64,000 nucleotides of DNA from Eledone cirrhosa. Taxonomy: Eukaryota. The position numbers and the translations under genes were made by a program. Of this stretch, positions 1 to 11,773 are shown piece by piece. The notes under the pieces were generated by a model, which was given only the letters and a program-made list of their open reading frames with translations, made no database searches and was not told where the DNA came from. Position 1 is the first letter of the stretch. Every line of letters begins with the position of its first letter. The DNA lies in the NCBI GenBank assembly GCA_964016885.1, contig OZ024747.1:62001-126000 (forward strand), given 5' to 3'.

Positions 1-282
1 CCCCTGATCTATAGGATGGTTGTTGAGTTTTTTTAAGTTTGTGTTACATATCGACATGTCATTGGCGTCGCAGAATTCAAGGAGTCTGAAGCTTTCTTCG
101 TTTCTTGCGCTAAACCCATAGCCTCCATGGACTCTATAGAAACCGTCTCGGTGTTTCCCAACGTGTCTGTTAAAGTCTCCTGCAATGATTAGGAAGTCAT
201 TGTCATTTGTTAGGGCAGTAGTGTGCATTAAGGACTCGTAAAACCTATCCTTAAGTTCGTCTGGAAACCCTGATTGGGGTAC

Positions 283-613
283 CATCATCATTTCATTTTA
301 CGTCCGCTTTTTCCCTGCTTGCAAAGGTGGGACAGGAACTGATTCTGGCTTGATTTCTACAGCTGGATGCCCTTCCTAACACCAACCTCATTTACAGTTA
401 GTGCTTGGTGCTTTTTTGCCGTGGCACCTCCACGACCACTTTGCAGTGGAATTATATGGACCCCAGTCCCTATCATCTCATTTCTACAGCTGAGTAAACT
501 GGAGCAATGTGAAATAAAGTGTCTTGCTCAAGGAAACAACACATCACCCGGTCTGAGAATTGAACTTACAACCTTTCGATTGCAAGGCCAATGCTCTAAC
601 CACTAAGCCATGT
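283..613 (-). mobile_element. tRNA-derived SINE with CORE-like middle and RTE-type (ATG)n tail
   Basis: Head TGGCTTAGTGG...AGTTCAATTC (A/B boxes), middle CCTTGAGCAAGACACTT, tail shared with RTE 3' ends. Near-identical copies at 21634 and 31862. Confidence 0.85.
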
Positions 614-614
614 A

Positions 615-900
615 CGTAAGCAGATATAATTGTAGCTATTGTTTTATTCAGTTTAATGATTCTTGCGTTCACCCTGTTCACTGAGATTACCTTATCTTCC
701 CATTTGTCAACTAATAGTATACCCACACAACCCATCCCATTGTCATTTCCCACCCAGAAGAATTTATAGCACTGATTTTTGCCTACAAGCACTCCAGCAG
801 ACCATCCTCTCCATCTAGTCTCTTGCACACAGCATACATCAATTTCCTTTCGCTCTAGCATCTCTATGATTTCTCCTGCTCTTCCTTTCATTGTGCTTAT
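615..900 (-). mobile_element. RTE-clade LINE apurinic endonuclease fragment
   Basis: DVCCVQETRW, GVGILL-like and IISAY motifs. Confidence 0.8.
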
Positions 901-1309
901 ATATTTCAAATCAGTTAACGGAGTTAAAAACTCACATTAATCCCCTATTGCACACATATCTCTATGTGTACTTTTCTCTATATGTTGATTTATATATATA
1001 TAGTAAAATGACAGCAGGCCAAATAGGTTGAATTTCCATGGTATATATATAGTTTTAGAAAAAGAACAGAGATGCAAAAGCAATAGTTTCACACTTGAAG
1101 AAAAATGGAAGAGGAAAGTTCAATATAACGAGCATTAGTCCAGGTTCATAGATAGAGGAGGATAAAAAAGAGGGGCATGTGAGTGTGTATGCTGTATTTA
1201 ATTCTTCTTAGTATATATATGTATAAGTGTTGGAGTGGTGCATAGATTGTTTATAATGGTGTGTATATATGCCTAGGTGTATTAACATCATACATATGCA
1301 TGATTTATA

Positions 1310-2010
1310 TCATCACCATTTAACGTCCATTTTCCACAGTAGCATGGGTTAGACGAGTTGCCCCATTGTGAGACAAACCAGATCAGATGACCCTGTCTTG
1401 CTCATAAAGAACTGATTTTGACAGGATTTCTACAGATGGATGCCAACCACATTTACAGTAAGTACTGGGTGCTTTTTGTCATGACACCTACATGACCACT
1501 TTACAGTGTGGATTGGCACTTTTTGTCATATAGCCATCACAACCACTTTACAGTGTGGACTAGGGATTTGGTTGGGAGGATTGGCGAAGTAGATCTAGGG
1601 ATGTGGGTGAGGGGCAGAGTGTTATGACATGGGATATGCAAGAGAAGGGGTGTGGATGAAGGAAGGGTGTTGGGGCATGGAGGTATTGAAAGGGGGGAGA
1701 GGAAGCTAGTGCATACAAGATGTATTCTTCAGTCCATGCACATGGGAAGGCAGGTCTTCTGTATTACTGCATAATGCCAGAGATCACAATCCTGTGTCAT
1801 CGCTTTTGTGAGGTGCAATTGTGCAAGGTCAGCTTTTATCACCTCATCCCAAGTCTTCCTACACCATAACTCCCATCAACTTTGAGGCCCCCTGCACCTT
1901 TTTATATTGCTGTCATCCTTCATACGCATAAAATGGCCATACCAATGCATTAATCCTCTCCTGCACACTGCATCTGACCCCTCTTATGCCCAGTTTCTCT
2001 TTGCCATTCA
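1310..2010 (-). mobile_element. RTE LINE 3' end, decayed
   Basis: WYGH/KTWDEVIKADL-like C-terminus, 3'UTR and CAT-repeat tail. Confidence 0.75.
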
Positions 2011-2141
2011 TGTATAATACTAATATATATATATATATATATCCAGGGAAAGTAACTTGGAGTAACTGTAGGTTCACCCGGGTGAGCACTCAATATTTAG
2101 GCTCACTTCAGTGTCGAGGTGTAGAGCTAGACAGAGTGTAT

Positions 2142-2322
2142 TATAATGAAATAAAATAACAAGGACGATTGATTACTCCTTTATTACGTTTATTGGTTGG
2201 AGACGCGCATTTCGCCACTGATCAGCTCAAGGTTTGATCTGATCAGTGGCGAAACGCGCGTCACCAACCAATAAACATAATGAAGGCATAACCAATCGTC
2301 CTTGTTATTTTATTTCACTATA
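2142..2322. repeat. 181-bp near-perfect palindrome, possible Penelope-like pLTR remnant
   Basis: Arms 2142-2225 and 2239-2322. Contains CGAAACGCGCGTC and AATAAA. Lies between (TA)n tracts. Confidence 0.8.
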
Positions 2323-2330
2323 CATATATA

Positions 2331-4112
2331 TCATCATCATCACCGTTTTACGTCCGTTCTTCCATGCTAGCATGGGTTAGACGGGTTGTCCTGTTGTGGG
2401 CAGTGTCCGGTCGGCTGACCTTGTTTTGCTCATACGGGAAGATTCTGGCTTGATTTCTACAGCTGGATGCCCTTCCTAACACCAACCTCATTTACAGTGA
2501 GTGCTGGGTGCTTTTTTCCGTGGCGCCTATATGTCCACTATACAGTGTAGGCTGGGTGCTTTTTTGCCGTGGCACCTCAACGACCACTTTGCAGTGGAAT
2601 GATAAGGACCCCAGTCCTATCATCTCATTTCTACATCCAATGGAGCATGTTTGCCTCATTTCTCTCCAGCCGTCGCATATCCTCTGCAGTTGCTGCCTAT
2701 GTCTCACTACCATGCAGCATTGCGCACCTCACACAGGCATCATATAACTGGCCTTTCGTACGCAGGGAGAAACCCTTCTTCGTCAGCAGAGGAAGCAGCC
2801 CCCTAAACTTCTTCCAACCCGTCCTTATTCTAGATACTATGGCCTCGGACCCCCCCATCCCGTGCTAATCTGATCTCCTAGGTACCGGAAGCTATCAACC
2901 ACTTCTATAGCACCCACCTGCATTTGAAAAATGTGTCTATCAATGCGACTTCTACTGTCTAATTTCCCTGTACATCTACTGCATTCGTATTTCTCCCTAC
3001 CTGTTAGTTTGCTTGCTATCCTGCTACATCTCGTGTGTACCCAGGATCTGCATTGTGTGCATTTTATAGAATTTATGCCAGTTCCTTTTCTGCATATCGA
3101 ACGAACATGGCCATTTCCCTGATGGAATCAGAGTTTTGTCCTCTTTTCTACTCATCAACACTTTTGTCTTAGCTAGGTTCACTCTCAGTCCTCTTGCTTA
3201 CAACTGCTGTTTCCATAGCCAGAATTTATTCTCTAGCTCCTTTACTGATTCTGCTATAAGAACCAGATCGTCAGCATAAAGAAGTTCCCATGGACAGCCA
3301 GTCTTAAACTCCTCTGTTATAGCTTGGAGGACTATAATGAACAAGAGCGGGCTGAGGACCGAACCCTGATGTACTCTGGAATTCCTCACTAAACTCCATT
3401 CCTACCCTCACTTTACTGAGAGTACCTCTGTACAAAGTTTGCACTGTCCTCACAAGCCATTCCTCAACACCTAGCTTCCTTAGGGACCACCAGATGACAG
3501 ATCGGGGTACCCTATCAAAGGCTTTCTCTAGGTCAACAAAGGCTAAGTATAGTGGCTTATTCTTCTCTAAGAACCTCTCTTGCAATTGTCTCACCAAGAA
3601 GAGGGCATCTGTTGTACTCTTCCCAGGCACAAAACCAAACTGCATCTCATCTAGTTTGACCCTTTCTCTAATTAGTTGCGCTAAAATCCTTTCTCCCACT
3701 TTCATAACCTGATCTATCAGTTTTATACCCCTATAATTGCTCCTCTCCAGAGCATCCCCTTTACCTTTGTAGCAATTTATGAGAATACTGCTGCACCAGT
3801 CTTTGGGTATGACACCACCATATATAGCCTGATTGATGATGCGTGCAACCAGTTTAATGACTACGTCCCCTGATGCCTTCAGCATTTCAGCAACTATCCC
3901 CGATGGTCCAGTAGCCTTACCATTTTTCGTTTCCTTAATCGCCTCTTGGACGCTATATTCGTCAATCTCAATAGCTGGTCCCTCTGTCGGATCTACTGAG
4001 GGTAATTTCTCTCTCTCCCATTCGTTCTCCACATTCATCAGTCTCTCATAATGACATTTCCAGGCCTCCTTTTTTCTAATCATTCGTGACACACCGGCAT
4101 CATTCCAGACAC
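2331..4112 (-). mobile_element. RTE LINE RT pseudogene, 5'-truncated, with chimeric 3' end
   Basis: [46 protein letters not shown] motifs, with frameshifts. Confidence 0.9.
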
Positions 4113-5409
4113 ACATATATATATATACATATATTATACATAAAAAAAACCCCTGATATATTAGAAGCAAGCTGCTTATTGTGATAAAGCTGTTTAGTTA
4201 ACAATGACAGGCTATCATTAAGCAGAGGATACAGCAATATTCTGAACATGTTTGGGATCTACTAATTTAGTTAATGTTTCTATTTTAGTTACAATGATAG
4301 CAGATTTTAAAGAGGGAGGAATGTTGATTATAGTAGTTCACTGGATATTTATTTTATCAGCCTTGGAAAAATGAAAGGCAAAGTTGACCTTGGCAGGATT
4401 TGAACTCAGAACATAAAGTGTCGAAAAGAATGCTTTAAGGCACTTTTTCCAACACTAACAATGCTGAACAATTTGATAACATCCATGTTTATCATAAGCA
4501 GCTTCCATTTTATACACATTGGAATAATAAAATCTAATTAATTTTAATATTGATTTTATTTGTATAAATTTTTTAAGTTACATTTATGTAAACCCAGACA
4601 CAATCTCCAATCAGTGTAAAATTATAACTATAAATGATTAAATGTTTTTTTAGTCTCTTTTTATGAGATCAAGAATCTGTTAAGTAAATTAAAAATGTCA
4701 TATACATAAAATTAGATTAGTGTTCTGTATTTTACAGCAATAAAAATCTAAGAGTACTAATGAAAAGAAGCCTTAAATTGATATAGTTTTACATGTATCC
4801 AGTTCATTTTTCTCTCATCAGTTAGTAAATTGAAACGCACACGCACACATAGTTAGATTAATCATTTGGTACCATGATAAAAAGTACCTAGACCACACTG
4901 TAACGTGTGTGCAAGACATGATCACCTGACCTGAATTGTCTCATAACGTGACAACCCATCTAACCATGGAAAAATAGATGTTAAACGGGGATGATGATAT
5001 ATATATATATATATATACAATATGCCATCAATTTAAAAGACTAACAGAGAGATATCTATTATTACTGAAAGTCCGTTAAACCAAAGGTAACATAGAGGTC
5101 GTATTTATTGTAAAAAAAAAAAGCTTTAATACAATATATGCAAGTGTATTATATAAAATTATTCCAATATAAAGACTGTCATTTTTACTTCTCTTTTACC
5201 AGTATAGTTGAAGGATATTTCGCTGACTACAGTATTGTATTATTATTTGGTCCATTAAACAAAGGGTTTATTGTACATAAATACATATGCACAGACAGGA
5301 CAATGAAAAGAGCACATTGGCAGCAGCAAGGTTCATACTTAAGTACCAATAGTCAGCAATATTGCACCTTAAAATGTATCTCAGATATCAGACAGTATAT
5401 TGCATGGAA

Positions 5410-5775
5410 GTGAAAGATGGGCAGTATATACAGGTGCTGGAGAGAAATTAAGCTAGCATGCTACAATGGATGTATAGTGTTAATATGCATAAACAGCAAA
5501 ACAGAATGAGCTGAGTGAAAAACTGAGTAAAAAAGGAATCAAATGTGTACAAAAGAGAAGACTATGCTGGTATAGTCATGTGATGCATATGGATGATAAA
5601 TGTTGGGTGAAGTGCCAGGAATTTCCAGTGGAAAGAAGCTGCAGTAGAGTAAAACTTAAGAAGTGGTGACAGTGGATTTCAAAACACTGAAACTCACAGA
5701 AAAGACGACAAAAGAATGCAATAAGTGAAGGGAAGCTGTGCTGCAAAAGACCATCCAACCCCTGGAAAATTCAAG
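5410..5775 (+). mobile_element. Decayed RTE LINE C-terminal fragment
   Basis: LERN-ASMLQWM and LCWYSHVMHMDD motifs. Confidence 0.6.
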
Positions 5776-7314
5776 TGCTCATATTGGAGCCACCTCCAGC
5801 AATCAACAAAATTATTGAATAACCTACACGCACACGTATATCCCCTGTATAAGTGGCAATCAAACAACACAAGTTCTCTTCCCTTCCATAAGAACTCAAA
5901 TCCTGTCACCATACATTTCAAAGATGTCGGACTAATGAGCAGTGGGAATAATTCTACAGCGAAGCGCAAGTATTTGACAGATAAAAATGTGAATTTACCT
6001 TACTTTGTATGCATATATATATACATACTGTACTCACATGGTATACAAATTAGAGAAGGAATTACTGATTTTTTTTATATGTTTCAAGAGAAATATGCAA
6101 AAAACAGCAAACAAGAGTACAGAATAAACTAACTGAATATGAATGCACACACACATGCATATATATTTAAACTGTAGATGGACATATGAAAAACAATTGG
6201 AACGTAAACAGTAGATTTTCAATGTCCACACACAATTTAGTTTCAAATGTTCATACAGCAAAAAATGAGATTAGACATGTATTTATATTGATGGTCATTT
6301 CCATAATGAAGTTGAGAGATCACAGCTCCAATAATACAGATATGTGGTTAGAATGTCTCAGAAAAGAATCACTGGACAGATTTTACGGGCAAAACCAACA
6401 GGCATGAGACCCAGCGGTAGAACCCAAGCAAGACGGTTGGATAACATCCATGAGCTCGGTTGGTCTTTCTTGGAGATCAAGCCAAATCAATTAAAGATGG
6501 TAGCTTCTGATAGGACCCTGTAGGAGTACTTAAGGACTCTTCCCTCACAACCCTCCCAGGAATATGTGGGCGAAGAAGAGTTAAGCTTGTCACTGAAAAC
6601 CAAGTCTTCTTTGTGTAGTAAATCAGGGTAATCAGTACACAGTACAAGCTAATGAAACCCTTCAATTTACAATGAAGTGACAAGTAAAAACTGCCACCCT
6701 CTTTCTTTGTTGTCTGTACAGCACAGAACTATAATATCTGCTCTGCCCATATGGTCTCAATGAATTAGAAGTATTCCACAGACATGTATACCCATAACAT
6801 AATTTTCAGCATTACACTGGGATCAAACAATTTCAAAAATAACTTCTTAATCATTGGTCCATGTTTGGGTGCATACATTTCTATATAGCATATTGCTATA
6901 CTGTAAGTAAATGAAACTGAACAATTGTGTATTTCAATAATTCTATAGTAATGAAAATCCTTAATACACACACACTCTTTCTATTTACCTTTGCCTTTAA
7001 AGGTATAGTTTATTCATATTTACATTTATTTTTATCCATTGTTAAATTGTCACCAGGTGTCTCAATCATAGGTGTTTACAAAGTACTAGATTGGATTCAA
7101 ACGTGGAGCTTTTACATACATCAGCCACCTGATTGAAAACAATGTTATGGCCCTTAATTTGAGAAAAATCAGAACAAAATAATTAAAACAGATATGTTGC
7201 ATCTTTAAAGATGGGGTAAATAGTTTGAAACATTCTAATTGTATTAACTTGTTTTGGGGCATTTGATACACACATTCAACAATGTGATAACCATCAATCG
7301 TGAAATGGTTTTAA

Positions 7315-7466
7315 CCCTTTAGCATTTACATTACTCTATAATTACTATTATATTTTCGCGGTAAAGGCTTTACCTCACATAATATCGAATATGAGATTTT
7401 TATATTATTCATTTTGAGAACAATACTTTAAGATTAGTATGAGCGGCCGGTTTAAATGCGAATGGG
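7315..7466. mobile_element. piggyBac-type MITE
   Basis: TTAA|CCCTTTAGCATTTA...TAAATGCGAATGGG|TTAA. Related copies at 40991 and 43256. Confidence 0.8.
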
Positions 7467-8639
7467 TTAAGCTGATGTGGTGCTATGTAGGACTCACTTC
7501 ACATGAAATTGATATAAAGATCTTAAGCAACCTTCATGGCTAAATTTTCCAATTATATTAGAGTTTAGTGACCTTGGGCCCAAGTGCAATGATAAGGTGT
7601 CTATAGAAATGGTAATGTTGGAAGCAATCAGTATTTAGAGGTAGTGGGATCTCAAAATATCACATGGCTCATAGCTCTGTAATCCAGTTGGGTTGAGTTG
7701 CTTACAAGAGCATAAACCATCACTATCACCAACAACCATCACTACCGCTGTCATTACCTACAACTACCACTTCAACTAAAGTACAAAGAGTAAAGGCTAT
7801 GAGCATAAGTACTCATTTGATATGAACCAGAATATAACTGGTATTTTATTGTTTTAATGATACCTATCATCCAATTAGAGGTAATGATCCATAGGAGGAT
7901 TTTATACAGCAGAGTATAAAGTCTCAAATTAGGATATCAATGCATAATAAGACCTGTGGAAGTTGGTGTATGAGGATTTGTCACAGCTTCCACATGCCAA
8001 CTACGAAACAGCAACAAACACATCTCAGAGTCAGGTGAGAAAAGCTCAATGTGTCTACAGTGAAAGAGGAATGACCACTAAGTTAAGATACATCAAGTTG
8101 ATAACATTGATTACTGTTTAAATAGATGTAATGTGTTAGTTCTACTGATGGTCTTAGTAGTTGAGTGGTGTAAATCACAGGAATGGAGAAATAAGATCAC
8201 CTACTGGAGGAGAAAAAACAACAGGACACATAGGAGTCATGACTTAAGTTGGCCTGGCTGCATTAAAGTGTTAGGAGGAATCAAGAGCCAAAGCACTTGC
8301 TTGATGGGAGTTCTTCCTCTAAAAATCTTGCTGTCTGCTCACCCAGTCACAAGTTTCTGCCTACATGAAGTATTTTAGGGCAAATTCTTCAGCCTCTGAA
8401 TATTTGAACACAATCCCAACATTCCACTGGGCAATATTTTATTTGCTACACTATGTATTTATTAAAGAAAAAAACATTTTTCTAATGAATTCAGGGCTCA
8501 AAATTAGTAGGAAAGAAGGATATGGTTAATTAGGTACAACAAAAGACAGTTGAAGTGCTAACAGGACTGAAGTTTAGAATTTACAAAAAAATTAAACACT
8601 CTAAATTTTAAGTGCCCTACATTTTTCTGCCATTAATTA

Positions 8640-9636
8640 CACTGGTCAACAAAATTTTGCTGACCTAAGTTTCATACCTGTTCTTCAGTAATTTGGGGCT
8701 GCTGAGTAAAAAAATATCCATTTTTCCTGTATTTATGGAATAGCCGAGTGAAAGACAAACATTGGAAAAAGAATCACTGACCAGTTAGAAAAATTTTGAC
8801 TGTTGGGGAGAAGAATATCATATACCAACCACTTGTTGGGTGAGAAAATCTTTTACCACCCCTTCATATTAAACTAGGACTAATTAAGCAGTTTGTCAAA
8901 CTCTTAATGTGGAGGGTGACTATTTCAAATTCATATGTATAACATTTCCTGGCCTAAATTATGATAAAATATAGGCTGGTGTTTTTGACGAGACACAAAT
9001 CAGAAAGTTAATGAAATACCAAAACGTCTCAAGCTCGATGACTGGCGTAGAAAAAAGGGCATGGGATTCATTTGTGTATGTTGTGAAAGGGCTTTTGGGT
9101 AGCAGAAAGGCTGAAATATACCAGGATTTAGTGGAGACATTGCTTGACAGCTTTCTTCTTTTAGGCTGCATCATGAGCATAATGATTCATTTCTTCAAGA
9201 GCCATCACAATGAATTTCCTGCGGAGAAGAGATATCAAGGTAGATGGAACACACACATGATGGCAGACTACTGTTGGAGTATTCAAAGAGACTGTGTAGA
9301 CATGAAACACTCCAGGCGCTCTCATAAGTGTAAATTTGTTCCATGAAGTTGTTTGTGCTTTATCCATTTTATTTGCGAATTAACAAGATATATTTAATAA
9401 AAGGTGATGTTACCTTATATTTCATCTATCATATCAAATTCTATTGACATTATAACTTATGGTTTCAAGCTATAAGACTTAGTAATCCATCCTAAGTAAA
9501 TTATATTATTCATGCAGTACATAATAAAACAGGGATGTGCTAGGGGAAAAATGGATGCCATACTTGAAATCAGCACCTCAAAATTAGCTAAAAACAACAA
9601 CAAAACCTAAGTCAGGAAAAAGTGTGTTGACGAGTG
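8640..9636 (+). mobile_element. Chapaev3-like (CMC) DNA transposon, internally deleted
   Basis: TTA|CACTGGTCAACA...TGTTGACGAGTG|TTA (3-bp TSD, CAC..GTG ends). Transposase remnants PPLHIKLGLIKQFVK, EKRAWDSF, EKRYQGRWNTHMMADYCW. Confidence 0.82.
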
Positions 9637-9871
9637 TTATTTATAGAGTAGTCAATTGGCAAAATCATAGAACATCAAACCAAATGTCTTGCAATGTAAA
9701 GTTATATTTTCAATTGAAATCCTGCCAAGACTAACTTTTCTTTCCATCCTTCTGGGGGTTGATAAAATAAAGTACCAGTCATGTACTGGTGTAGATATAA
9801 ACTGTTCCTCTTCTCTCAAAGTAAAAACCTGCTGCCTATGTTAGAAATTATAAACATAACCAAAATCTAGC

Positions 9872-10070
9872 TTAAAGAATGTTGAGCTCATGCAGAGAAG
9901 CTATAAAATAGCTTACAAAGTAGGGTGAAGACCCTTAAAGTCGGAATTAGAAGTTGCCATCAGCTGCTAAGCTATTTTATAGAATCTCTGTGCATGAATA
10001 CACCATTCTTTATATTAACTTTATTCCCGCAGCACTTTGTAAAAGTCCAAGAGATTGGCTACATATACAT
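9872..10070. repeat. Palindromic repeat, deleted relative of 42950-43550
   Basis: Inverted arms TAAAGAATG..CTCATGCA / TGCATGAA..CATTCTTTA, plus the same right-hand tail. Confidence 0.6.
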
Positions 10071-10240
10071 GATGTTTGTCGAAATTGCCATGTTTAAGAG
10101 TACAGAGTTTTAAGTGAAAGTATTCTGTTGAAACTGATTTACATGCAATCCTATTTCGAACTAAGACCCATACATGAAAAAAAAAAAAAACCTCAAAATA
10201 AATGGCAAAGCATTCCACCTATCTTAATTATTAATTTTGT

Positions 10241-10440
10241 CAGTGTTTAGCATCCAGGTCAACCCTAATAAAACTAACCTATGATCAAAGACATTCCAGC
10301 AATGACCATCCAGCCTTTTTGTATGTTAGGGATTACATTGTCTAATGTGTCCTTTCTTTTTTTTAAAGACAGTGTGTGAGTATAGCATGACTTGGCTGAT
10401 ATTTCTAGCAGGTTGAGTAACCGTTTAAAGGTCACCTCTT
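10241..10440 (-). mobile_element. Abundant SINE-like 3' segment (other copies near 12375, 17945, 19400, 33255, 53530, 54915)
   Basis: Recurrent CTGCTAGAAATAGC...GGAATGCCTTTGATCATAGG...GACCTGG block. Confidence 0.6.
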
Positions 10441-11434
10441 GCGGTGGTTGTGTTATATTTTCCTCTCAGGAAGGGTAATGGAGAAGGTCAAGAGAAAAGA
10501 GTGACAGAAAAGGCACCATGCTGCATTCAAAAAGTGATATCAGTATCTTGATTCTTCCCTCTCAGTTTTGAGTTCAAATCCCGTCAGGATTGACATTACA
10601 TTTAATCTCTCAGCAACGGGGTCAATACAATAAGTAACAGTAATACAACAAAGACAATTTAAACCAAATGTATAGTTGAAAATAAACAGATGGCACTTTC
10701 TAGCATAAGCAGTGGTGTGATGTGAGTTCTTGATAGAGTGAATCTATGAATTTATTTCAGTTACTGCTCACAACCATTTCACATACACTGCTAACTAATA
10801 ATCTGTGCCTTGAGAAGGACACAAACAAGGCCAAATTATATAAAAAGAAAGATATAAGAAATTGAATCAAGAATATTACAGTTATTATTTTTGTGAGCTT
10901 TGAAATAAAGGAATGAAAAAACTGAACTCAAATAGAATTCGGAATTAAGGGGAATGGAACAAAATACCAAAAATGCATTTACATTGTCTCTTTCATTCCT
11001 GACTCAACTATCTCCACTGAACATAACGAATACTTCTTTTTACAAGATTATTTTTGTAGAAAAAGGTAAAGTTATTGTCATCTGATATGTCTGGTACTTA
11101 TAGAACAAGTCCAGAGGGAGATCAATAAAAAAAAAAATGCAATAGAAAAATCGATAAGTAGATGTACTATACTGAAAACAAGCCAGCCAACTGACTAAAT
11201 TATCCCCCTAAAAAAAATAAATAAATAAAGAGTGGGGTTATTAGTTTTATCTTGTCTCTAATCATAAATCTTTTGGGTTTCTTTTACTTTTTGTTTTCAG
11301 TAGCCCTGATTTCTACTTCCCTTCACAATTTATTAATTATTTTAGGGCGTTTTTTCCTTTTTATCTGTTTGGGGGATGGGATGTTTTTGGTTTTGGCTTT
11401 GCCCAATGACCGAACTCTTTGGGATGAAGTGTCA

Positions 11435-11773
11435 TCAAGATATCTGGCTTGGTGTGGGTAACACAGGACATTGTGCAAGCTCTGTAGCCTTTCGTGCAGT
11501 CTCTTTTAATTTCCTTTCTTTACCGGCATGCACACGAGTTGTCGTCGTGTCATTGCTGCTGTGTGATGAATCGTGCATGATGTATAGTCGAGATAAAATG
11601 TGTTCAAAGCCCTTCTGTGTCTTCAGAAGGTTCTTCTTGTAGCGCTCAAGTGCAAAAGCTTGGATGGGACGTGAAAATCCAAAGATGCTTGAGTTGATGT
11701 AGGCCCACCTCTCACACACTGTCCATCTTGTGTTGTCAATACTAGTACGATAGGTGCATTTTTCTTCCAATTG
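11435..11773 (-). CDS. PRELID1: PRELID1 coding exon 3 (terminal)
   Basis: Acceptor tttcttggaaAG|CAATTG. Encodes QLEEKCTY...PTPSQIS, with TGA at 11437-11435. Confidence 0.88.
   Translation of the reverse strand, partial: QLEEKCTYRTSIDNTRWTVCERWAYINSSIFGFSRPIQAFALERYKKNLLKTQKGFEHILSRLYIMHDSSHSSNDTTTTRVHAGKERKLKETARKATELAQCPVLPTPSQIS

Noticed and set aside
367-606. Repeated MPFLTPT... small ORFs (also 21732, 31882)
   Set aside because: They lie antisense within SINE copies, so the recurrence reflects the repeat rather than a gene family.
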